Assembly: GCA_016699205.1 (NCBI GenBank)
Contig: CP064964.1
Location: 360,001 to 392,000, forward strand
DNA from: Candidatus Saccharimonadota bacterium
Lineage (GTDB): Bacteria; Patescibacteriota; Patescibacteriia; 2-12-FULL-60-25
Length of the DNA stretch: 32,000 nt
Reading direction: 5' to 3'
Program-made: the position numbers and the translations under genes
Part shown: piece by piece, positions 24,827 to 32,000 of the stretch
Numbering within the stretch: the stretch's first letter is position 1
Layout of the letters: each line of letters opens with the position of its first letter
Notes under the pieces: model-generated
The model's input: only the letters and a program-made list of their open reading frames with translations
Database searches by the model: none
Told to the model about the DNA's origin: nothing

Positions 24827-25849
24827 CTACTCTTCGTCGTCGATGCAGAAGAGCCGGGGCTCTCCGCGCTTAGCCGACTGTTTGCAGGCGTACATGCGGC
24901 GGTCGGCCTGCTCGAGTAGTGCCTTGGCGTCGGGAATGTCGCCACCCCTGCGCCAGCAGATGCCGATATCTGCGCGGATGGTGATCACCTCCATCTCGCC
25001 AGTCTTGGGATCGACGAGGTCGATCTTGAAGGTCATGGCCTCGGCCAGCCGATTGGCGGGCTTGAGTACCTTGGTGCGGTCGATATCGCGAAGAAGGATG
25101 GCGAATTCATCGCCGTGGAGCCTCGAGAGGAAGTCGGTCTTGAAGGCCGTTTCGTCGAGGATCTTGCCGACCTTCTTGAGCACGCGATCGCCCTCGGCGT
25201 GACCAAAGCGGTCGTTGACCGGCTTGAAGTCACGGAGGTCAAAATAGACCATGGCGATCGGAAGGTCCTTCTTGCGCGCGAAGCGGATCTGCTCCTCGAC
25301 ACGCTGCAGGAAGGCACGCTCGTTCAAGAGGCCCGTCTTCTCGTCGATCTGCACGAGCTGCTCGAGCTCGGTTCTATCGCGGAAGATGCCGAAGGCGCGG
25401 ACGATGGTTCCATTCTCGATGAGCGGTCTCGCGCACAGCGTGCACGAGCGGCGCGTACCATCGGGGCGCTTCACATAGACGTGACGTCCGTTCACGTATT
25501 TGAAGCGCGAAATCTCGCGGCCGATGAGCTCGTCGAGATGCATGCCGTACTCGTCCTCGAGATACATGAAGATCGGCTGACCTTCCAGTTCCTCGGCCGA
25601 GCGGCCAAAGATCTCGAGTGCGGCCGGATTGGCCTCGGTGATGATGCCCGACGGGTCCGTGCCGACGACGCCGTCCGGCACATGCTCGAAGAGCATGCGG
25701 AGCAGCTGGAGCTGCCCCTGCTCGTACATCGGTACGAGGCTCGGGTCCGACGGCCGTCGGCTGGGAAAGCGTGCAAGCACCTCGGGATCCGCCTTGGGCG
25801 GATAAGAAGAACCGAACGTTTCTTGTCTGTTTCGTTTGGGATCTTCCAA
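24827..25849 (-). CDS. PAS domain / GGDEF-family protein with HGDEF active-site variant
   Basis: TTG start 7 nt after AGGAGG (25857-25862). PAS (LFEHVPDGVVGTDPSGIITEANPAALEIFG). GGDEF domain (DLRDFKPVNDRFGHAEGDRVL...SRLHGDEFAILL). Very GC3-rich. Confidence 0.85.
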   Translation of the reverse strand: MEDPKRNRQETFGSSYPPKADPEVLARFPSRRPSDPSLVPMYEQGQLQLLRMLFEHVPDGVVGTDPSGIITEANPAALEIFGRSAEELEGQPIFMYLEDEYGMHLDELIGREISRFKYVNGRHVYVKRPDGTRRSCTLCARPLIENGTIVRAFGIFRDRTELEQLVQIDEKTGLLNERAFLQRVEEQIRFARKKDLPIAMVYFDLRDFKPVNDRFGHAEGDRVLKKVGKILDETAFKTDFLSRLHGDEFAILLRDIDRTKVLKPANRLAEAMTFKIDLVDPKTGEMEVITIRADIGICWRRGGDIPDAKALLEQADRRMYACKQSAKRGEPRLFCIDDEE

Positions 25850-25892
25850 GCAGACACCTCCTGAAAAGGGGTAAAAGAGCTCAACAGCTTTA

Positions 25893-27170
25893 TCAGGATT
25901 TTAACACCTTGTCAATGTCCTGACCCTCTAATGCATACCAAATAACGCAGAATGAAGCCAAGACCTGACCCGACCAATAGGACCAAAGATAATGGTCTAG
26001 CAAAGCGATCATTACGATGGGTGTAGCGATAAGCAAAAACCGGCGTTTATCGAATGGGATAGCTCGGAAAACAAAGACGAGTAGCAGCACGATTCCAGAA
26101 ATCCCGATCAAGCCTGTTTCCGCGAGAATCAGGAGCGGAATCTGATGCGGGATCGGTCCCTGATTATCGACTCCGATAAACGCGTTGTGACCGATTCCAA
26201 AAAGCGGATGATTTTTGAAAGCCGCTATGCCTGCCTCTATTCCGGAAACACGCTCGGTGATGGATCGCGCTTCCAATCTCCCCTCTCCGGTGACGCGCGT
26301 CGTCAACATCGGCCATTGCCAAGTGAGAGCAAAAACCAGCGCAATGACAGAGAGGATCGCCGGAATTTTTAATCGATACAACGATTGCGTTTTATAAAGA
26401 TGATAGCCTAGCAAGACAATTATTAAGACGATCGCGAGCCATGCAGAACGGGAATGCGATAAGACGAGCGCGACGATAAAGAGCGCCGCCACGCAAGACC
26501 AAATGATATTTTTCTGACGATGTTTGGCCGTGACAGCGAGCCAAATAGCTGCGGGAAATCCAAATGCAAGCCAGCCGCCGAGAATGTTTGGATACGGTAG
26601 GCCACCGTATGCACGGAGATGGCGAATGCCATTTACATCGACGACAGCGACGCCGCGCGTTTCCGGAAGTTGAGGCGAAATACCTAACCACTTACTTCCA
26701 ATCACTTCCTGCGTCATCCCCTGCTGAACCGCGAGCAATGCATGCGGGATGATCGCCATCACGCTCCAGACGAAAAATTCGCGTGCATCAACTTTTGAAA
26801 TAATGAGCGACCAGACAAAGAATCCAAGCAATAAAACCTGAACCCACCATTGCCAGGTTCCGGCCGGGAATATCGTAAATACCGATGCGAGGATTAGAGC
26901 GAAAACCGTTACTCCAATCCAAGTGCCATATCGATGCTTGTTTGATGGAGCTGCGCGATGAACTTGGAATGCGAGCCCGATCGATAGAATCATTAAGAAC
27001 CAGGTGGCGTAGATTGAGCCATCGGAAAACATGAAACGCGTCTGCCAGGGTAGAGCGAGAATCGTCAGGCGCCATGACCAATTACGAAACCACTCCATAC
27101 TTGCGAGAAGTTTCTTGCGCTTTGGATCGGAAGCGTTCGCGGGCGTCGTCGGCGTGGAATTTGAGGACAT
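25893..27170 (-). CDS. O-antigen ligase family (Wzy_C domain) membrane protein
   Basis: 425 aa polytopic; SHSRSAWLAIVLI and GIGHNAFIGV...LILAETGLIG motifs. Start uncertain (ATG 27170 or 27098); overlaps the upstream gene. Confidence 0.75.
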   Translation of the reverse strand: MSSNSTPTTPANASDPKRKKLLASMEWFRNWSWRLTILALPWQTRFMFSDGSIYATWFLMILSIGLAFQVHRAAPSNKHRYGTWIGVTVFALILASVFTIFPAGTWQWWVQVLLLGFFVWSLIISKVDAREFFVWSVMAIIPHALLAVQQGMTQEVIGSKWLGISPQLPETRGVAVVDVNGIRHLRAYGGLPYPNILGGWLAFGFPAAIWLAVTAKHRQKNIIWSCVAALFIVALVLSHSRSAWLAIVLIIVLLGYHLYKTQSLYRLKIPAILSVIALVFALTWQWPMLTTRVTGEGRLEARSITERVSGIEAGIAAFKNHPLFGIGHNAFIGVDNQGPIPHQIPLLILAETGLIGISGIVLLLVFVFRAIPFDKRRFLLIATPIVMIALLDHYLWSYWSGQVLASFCVIWYALEGQDIDKVLKS

Positions 27171-27960
27171 GCTCGTTGATGATGACGCGCGTATCGAGAT
27201 TGCGCATGCTCTTTAGTTTAGGCGAGATCAGAAATTCGTGCAGGCGTGCGGCGAGCGCATCGAGAGCCGGAATAGTCGGCAAGCGCCACCAGGGACGCGT
27301 AACACGCAGGTCCTCCGAAACAATCCAGGGACGGGCATTCGGATGCTGCGAAAGAATTGCGGTATTAGCTTTCCAAAGCTCAGCCGAGACGCCGTCATCA
27401 TAGAGCGGCAGCAGCGAGAGGAACCAGAATCGGAAATATGGATCGTCGTGGGCAGTCTTCAGTTGCCCGTTGTCAGGTTTCAGTTGATGAGGGGACAAAT
27501 CCAAGGCGGAGTCGTCGACAAAATAGGAAAGGCAGACGGCGTCACGGTCAGAGGCGCGGGTACCTGGGCGGGAGAATGCGAAGCGGAGCGTGGACCAGCC
27601 GCGCGTCTGCATAATCGTGTTTTTATGAGTGATCACGAAAAAATCGAGATCGCCATCCTCGCTTGCGTGGGCGAGCGCCGTTGTATTGCAAAGCGCGACA
27701 AATCGAACGCCGGATAAGCCTGCAAGGAATTTTGCAACTTGGCGTGCACGTTTTACTTTTGCCGGAAACAAGGCTTCACGACGCTCGTGCTCTTCAATTA
27801 ACGCTTCACGACCTTCAAAAACAACGCGACCGCGAATGAGCTTGAAAGGTGCTTCAATCGCCGCTGGGGCAGATGCGGCGTCGAGTTCGGGGACGGTTGG
27901 CGGATAAGCCATGGCGTCGTAGAGAGCCATGGCTTTGATCCGCAAAGCGCGCGCGTCCAT
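27082..27960 (-). CDS. hypothetical protein, possible nucleotidyltransferase fold
   Basis: 292 aa; the SEDGDLDFFVIT segment resembles an NTase G..D.D motif; the functional call is weak. Confidence 0.55.
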   Translation of the reverse strand: MDARALRIKAMALYDAMAYPPTVPELDAASAPAAIEAPFKLIRGRVVFEGREALIEEHERREALFPAKVKRARQVAKFLAGLSGVRFVALCNTTALAHASEDGDLDFFVITHKNTIMQTRGWSTLRFAFSRPGTRASDRDAVCLSYFVDDSALDLSPHQLKPDNGQLKTAHDDPYFRFWFLSLLPLYDDGVSAELWKANTAILSQHPNARPWIVSEDLRVTRPWWRLPTIPALDALAARLHEFLISPKLKSMRNLDTRVIINEHVLKFHADDARERFRSKAQETSRKYGVVS

Positions 27961-27961
27961 A

Positions 27962-28222
27962 TCAAGCGGTGGCAGCTACGGAGCTACCCTCAGGTACGAC
28001 AGCGTCGGCAACAATGATCTTTTCAGCCGTCACCTCGATCACTTCTTTCCATGAAACGAGAAGCTCGCTTGAAAGAAGATCCTTCATGAGACCAGAGCTG
28101 ACATGCAGAGAAACAAGATGACCGGTTGCTGCATCAAAATCCAAACTTGCGAGCTTGCCGAGCATGCGGCCTGAACGCGTGTAGATAGGTACTCCTACAG
28201 ACTGCTTGGAATTGAGATTCAT
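27962..28222 (-). CDS. PRC-barrel domain protein
   Basis: Track ORF to 28249; ATG 28222 lies 1 nt after the dnaX stop; VGVPIYTRSGRMLGKLASLDFDAATGHLVSLHV pattern. Confidence 0.65.
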   Translation of the reverse strand: MNLNSKQSVGVPIYTRSGRMLGKLASLDFDAATGHLVSLHVSSGLMKDLLSSELLVSWKEVIEVTAEKIIVADAVVPEGSSVAATA

Positions 28223-28223
28223 A

Positions 28224-29870
28224 TTATGACTCGACCACGCTTCCACCAAACGCCTTCAAGATGTTTCCAACAATATCCTGACTACGTTCCTCTGCTACAG
28301 CTGCATCCTCGCCGACAACGCCGTCCAAAAGCAGCGTGTCATTAGCCATAACGCTACGGATCGCCTCCTCAACGATCTTTCGATTGCGCGGATCGGTGAT
28401 AATTTTGTCGCGATGGAATCCGTATTGGAATCGGATGACGACGGTATTGCCTTGAATGGCTTCCGGGCGACTGATTTTGAGAATAAAGGGCAAGGAATGG
28501 TTGATTTCATCGACAGCACGGACAATGGCTGCCCATTTCATACGGACTTGGTTGAGCTCGATAGCAGCAGGCGCCGAAGATTCAACGGGAAGGGGCGGAT
28601 TTGTTTCAGTTTCCTCTTTTGGGACAGGTGCGGGTTCTGGTTTTGATTCAGGTATTTCTTCTTTCGGCTGGATTCCTGCCTTCGCTGGAATGACAGGCGT
28701 AGGGGCTGGACTCAAGATTGCTTCGCTTCTGCTCGCAATGACAGGCGGTGATGAAGCGTGATGCGTGTCGCGTGACGCGTGACGTAACAATCCTCCGGCG
28801 GCGATGGTTCCGGCGAGTTGGAGCGCAAAGAGGGCGTCGATGCCGGACTTGGCGTCTTTACGGCGCTCGAACAATAAAAGCGCCATGTCATTTAATTCTC
28901 CGGGTTCAAATTTACCGATGAGCGGGACCATGGCGCGCTCGTCTTCTGTTCCTTTGGACCATTTTTCTGCAAGCGACGCGTCAGCTGACGCGACGAGGAG
29001 CTTGCGGACGATCGTAATGAGGTCGTCGAACAATGGAAGAAGCGGCAAGCCTTCGTCGGCGAGGCGTTGAGCTTCATTGATGGCACCGACGTGGTCACGA
29101 CGGGACCAGAAACCGACGAGACCAGCGGCAGCGGGAAGATGGCCGGGAGGAATGACGAGCTGGGCGACGTCGAGCGTTAAATTCTTTTCTCCGAGACCGC
29201 CGAGTTGACCGAGAAGCGTCTCTGCATCGCGCACACAGCCGTCAGCACGCGAGACGATGAGCTTGGCGACTTCTTCATCGATCTTCCAGCCTTCTTGTTT
29301 GGCAATAAATTCTACGCGGTCACGCATCACATCGTCCTGAACACGCTTGAACTCAAAGCGCTGGCAGCGGGAAACGATGGTGGCGGGAACCTTGTGCCAT
29401 TCTGTCGTCGCGAGGATGAAGAAGGCGTAAGCGGGTGGCTCTTCCAATGTTTTCAAAAGCGCATTCCATGAAGCTGATGAAAGCATGTGCGCTTCATCGA
29501 GAACGTAGACCTTACGAGCGCCGCCCATCGGAGCAAATCGGACATGCTCGATTATAGATTCGCGGACGGTTTCAACACCGGTATGGGTGGCGGCGTCCAT
29601 TTCAATCAGATCGATTTGGCGACCTTCATTGGCAGCAACGCATCGCTCGCAAGAATTGTCGGGTTCCCCGTCCTTTGGATTCAAACAGTTAAGGGCTTTG
29701 GCAAAAATGCGAGCGGTCGTGGTTTTACCTACGCCGCGAGGACCGCAAAAAAGAAAGGCGTGGCCAAGTTTACCGGTAGCGACCTCTTTGGCGAGGGTGT
29801 CCGTAACATGCGCTTGGCCGGTGACGTCGGCAAAGGTTTGGGGACGGTATTTTTGGGACAGCGAGGGCAT
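28224..29870 (-). CDS. dnaX: DNA polymerase III subunit gamma/tau
   Basis: Track ORF to 29894 (TTG); ATG 29870 gives MPSLSQKYRPQTF. Walker A GPRGVGKTT, Zn module CLNP...CERC, VYVLDEAHML, SRCQRF. Pro/Glu-rich linker, then the C-terminal domain. Confidence 0.9.
   Translation of the reverse strand: MPSLSQKYRPQTFADVTGQAHVTDTLAKEVATGKLGHAFLFCGPRGVGKTTTARIFAKALNCLNPKDGEPDNSCERCVAANEGRQIDLIEMDAATHTGVETVRESIIEHVRFAPMGGARKVYVLDEAHMLSSASWNALLKTLEEPPAYAFFILATTEWHKVPATIVSRCQRFEFKRVQDDVMRDRVEFIAKQEGWKIDEEVAKLIVSRADGCVRDAETLLGQLGGLGEKNLTLDVAQLVIPPGHLPAAAGLVGFWSRRDHVGAINEAQRLADEGLPLLPLFDDLITIVRKLLVASADASLAEKWSKGTEDERAMVPLIGKFEPGELNDMALLLFERRKDAKSGIDALFALQLAGTIAAGGLLRHASRDTHHASSPPVIASRSEAILSPAPTPVIPAKAGIQPKEEIPESKPEPAPVPKEETETNPPLPVESSAPAAIELNQVRMKWAAIVRAVDEINHSLPFILKISRPEAIQGNTVVIRFQYGFHRDKIITDPRNRKIVEEAIRSVMANDTLLLDGVVGEDAAVAEERSQDIVGNILKAFGGSVVES
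28668..28694 (-). repeat. palindromic repeat element inside the dnaX linker (encodes VIPAKAGIQ)
   Basis: Reverse complement GTCATTCCAGCGAAGGCAGGAATCCAG; 26 of 27 nt identical to the intergenic copy at 7033. Confidence 0.65.
28716..28742 (-). repeat. related 27-nt palindromic element inside the dnaX linker (encodes VIASRSEAI)
   Basis: Reverse complement GTCATTGCGAGCAGAAGCGAAGCAATC; shares the GTCATT terminus and the flanking CCTGTCATT context with 28668. Confidence 0.55.
28757..28784 (-). repeat. CGTGACG-type short repeat inside the dnaX linker (encodes RHASRDTHHAS)
   Basis: CGTGATGCGTGTCGCGTGACGCGTGACG; tandem CGTGACG units around an ACGCGT palindrome. Confidence 0.4.
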
Positions 29871-29914
29871 AGAATCGATCACATCTAAACACAAAGGCGC
29901 CCCTTACGGAACGC

Positions 29915-30529
29915 CTACCACTCGGACCCGTCTTTCTTGATCATGTTCTCGACCGCTGCCCAGCGAGAAGGAGCGTTTTTTGGTACCAGAATCACGACTT
30001 CATCGCCCACATCGCCCTTATGGAAAGAGATGGCTGCAGCGAGCACACGATAACCATTGCCTCCGGCGACCACCTTCCAATCCCCACTTAATTCATCCTG
30101 TACAAGCGAGCCAACGAGACGCTGACGCTCGATCGGACCTTTTTGCTTAAAGAGGAAGCGGCCGTTCTCGCTGATGGTCAGACGGAGAAGATCGCCTTCT
30201 ACGAGTTTGGATTTAGAAGCGTAGTTTGGTGGAACAGAATACTGGCGGCCGTCTTCACCAACCATGTGCTCGCCGTCGAATACGCCCTCGATGGAACGGC
30301 CTTCAAAAGAACCAAAGGAGGTGTCATCAACCGAGGACATGATGTAGGCCTCAGGGTCGGCTGTTTCCGAGCGGCTTTCAAGCAAACGCTCCAGGTTATC
30401 CAAACGAGACTTTAAATCTCGAACGACGCGCAAAGCGAGCGCAAGCTTGGTCTCGGCCCCCGATAATGCGGGAGCCTCCCCTTCTTCTATAACAGCCTCT
30501 TCATCGAGGATGTCATTTTGTTCGTCCAT
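29915..30529 (-). CDS. hypothetical protein (acidic N-terminus, predicted coiled coil, beta-rich C-terminal domain)
   Basis: 204-aa ORF; ATG 30529 preceded by an A-rich leader; TAG stop. Confidence 0.6.
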   Translation of the reverse strand: MDEQNDILDEEAVIEEGEAPALSGAETKLALALRVVRDLKSRLDNLERLLESRSETADPEAYIMSSVDDTSFGSFEGRSIEGVFDGEHMVGEDGRQYSVPPNYASKSKLVEGDLLRLTISENGRFLFKQKGPIERQRLVGSLVQDELSGDWKVVAGGNGYRVLAAAISFHKGDVGDEVVILVPKNAPSRWAAVENMIKKDGSEW

Positions 30530-30582
30530 AGATTGTTTTTTTGTTTTTTATCGCCCACCTGTATCACCTATAGGATACCACA

Positions 30583-32000
30583 TTATATTTTAAAGTCATC
30601 CACATCCGAGACTTCTGCCATGGCATCGCGGCGCTCAAGAATTTCTGCCTCGACCAATTCACGTTTGCGGCCAAATTTGTAACGCGAAAGTTCTTTGATC
30701 ATGCGCGAGAGCTCCTTGTCTTGCGGGCGCTTAGGCATGACCGGCTTCATGTTGAAGGGGCGTGAAGCCGTGTTGTCGATCAACATCTTAATATTGCAGG
30801 TGAATGCCTCGACGTTCACGAGATCGTACTCGCTGAAGACCGGTGCAAATTCTTTCGCGAGGAATTCTGCGTCTTCTACACCGATACGGAAGGCGACCAT
30901 GGTACCGACGTTTCCAAAGATGGCGTCGCGGATAACGGTGTCCCCTCCTTTGCCTTCCAATTGACCAATAAACTGGTGCGCGATGATGAGGTTTAGACCG
31001 TATTTACGGGCTTCGGACAAAATGGCGGAAATGGAATCAGTGAGGAAGTTTTGGAATTCGTCGATGTAGAGATAGAAATCTTTACGCTCGGAAGCTTCCA
31101 TGTCGCCGCGAGCGAGTGCAGCCATCAAGATTTTACCGACAAGCACCATACCGATGAGGTAGGCATTAAGATCTCCAATTTTTCCCTTGGACAACTTGAG
31201 CAAAAGAATTTTTCTGCCATCCATCACATCACGCAGATTGAAGGCGCTCTTTTGTTGGCCGATAATCGGCCGCATGTAGTCGTTATAGATGAAGTGCGTC
31301 AGCTTGGAAGTAATGTACGGAACCATGTTGGCGAGCGAGGCTTCACCGCCGGCTTTGAGCGCTTCTTTTTGCCAGAAATCTTTTACGTCTTGCGACTTAC
31401 ACTTGCTCAATTTGTAGTTGCGATACTCTTCATCGGCCAGAACTTTTGGAATTTCCATCAAAGTCGATCCGGACTCGACATCTTCCATGAGCAGCAAGAT
31501 GGCGTTGCGCATGTAGAGCTCAAACATCGGGCCGCCCGTGGATTTGAGATCGTAGAGCTTGTCGAATATCTTGAGCATCTCGTTGATGACGAAGGTTTTT
31601 TGCTGCGGTTGCGTCTCATCAAACTCGAGCATGTTCAAACCCATCGGACGGGTGTAGTCGGCGGGGTCAAAGAAGATGACGTCGTCGGCGCGTTCTTTTG
31701 GAACGTATTCGAGAACTTCATCGCACAAATCTCCGTGCGGATCGATAACACAGACGCCGTGACCAGCCTCGATATCCTGCTTGATCAAAGAAGCCTGATA
31801 GACCGATTTACCGGAACCGGATTTACCAATCACATACATGTGACGGCGGCGATCCGGCTGCTTCATGCGGATCTGATAGGAATGACCGCGATACTCGGAG
31901 ACGCCAAGCTGAATACCTTCACTTGGAAGATTGGATGGCGGGAGCGCGCGGCGAGACAAGAGCCAGTTGATTTTTGGTGTTTCCGTTGATGGGAGCGGAA
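30583..32000 (-). CDS. VirD4/TraG/TraD-like (FtsK-HerA superfamily) P-loop ATPase, 5'-partial at window edge
   Basis: Walker A YVIGKSGSGKS, Walker B YLYIDEFQNF, ARKYGLNLIIAHQ. The frame stays open upstream of the track start (TTG 31959) to position 32000, so the N-terminus lies outside the window. Confidence 0.65.
   Translation of the reverse strand, partial: PLPSTETPKINWLLSRRALPPSNLPSEGIQLGVSEYRGHSYQIRMKQPDRRRHMYVIGKSGSGKSVYQASLIKQDIEAGHGVCVIDPHGDLCDEVLEYVPKERADDVIFFDPADYTRPMGLNMLEFDETQPQQKTFVINEMLKIFDKLYDLKSTGGPMFELYMRNAILLLMEDVESGSTLMEIPKVLADEEYRNYKLSKCKSQDVKDFWQKEALKAGGEASLANMVPYITSKLTHFIYNDYMRPIIGQQKSAFNLRDVMDGRKILLLKLSKGKIGDLNAYLIGMVLVGKILMAALARGDMEASERKDFYLYIDEFQNFLTDSISAILSEARKYGLNLIIAHQFIGQLEGKGGDTVIRDAIFGNVGTMVAFRIGVEDAEFLAKEFAPVFSEYDLVNVEAFTCNIKMLIDNTASRPFNMKPVMPKRPQDKELSRMIKELSRYKFGRKRELVEAEILERRDAMAEVSDVDDFKI

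Overview
This 32-kb chromosomal window holds about 30 genes, mostly on the minus strand. Gene content and 16S peculiarities suggest an uncultured small-genome lineage (CPR/Patescibacteria-like), but this cannot be confirmed without a database search. The genetic code looks standard (table 11): TAA, TGA and TAG all terminate conserved genes, and RF2 is present without a programmed frameshift.

Left third: rpmE; an envelope-glycan block (three GT2 glycosyltransferases, one frameshifted; rmlB; an NRS/ER-type epimerase-reductase fused to RmlA, with no RmlC); an NDH-2-like flavoprotein; and a ~1270-aa secreted protein. That protein has seven ~131-aa two-cysteine repeats, a Gly8 linker and a C-terminal peptidoglycan-binding domain, and is now split by a 32-nt out-of-frame insertion.

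Middle: pnuC-nadR, tRNA-Gln, tRNA-Val, a stand-alone receiver, an unlinked 16S rRNA gene with its own promoter, processing stem and terminator, rsmA, a polytopic membrane protein and prfB.

Right third: groES-groEL, with an in-frame TAG at groEL codon 43; a PAS-HGDEF cyclase-like gene; a Wzy_C (O-antigen-ligase family) protein; a PRC-barrel protein; dnaX, whose linker is encoded by small palindromic repeats also found intergenically; and a partial VirD4/TraG-like ATPase at the right edge.

Cross-cutting signals:
- Five GC3-rich singleton genes carry strong Shine-Dalgarno sites and their own GC-stem terminators, set among SD-less core genes.
- Extended -10 promoters sit 6-8 nt from ATG, which looks leaderless.
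- Stop-N-ATG junctions recur between co-directional genes.

No CRISPR array, transposase or integrase was seen. All calls rest on reading the sequence plus remembered family motifs. No searches were run.
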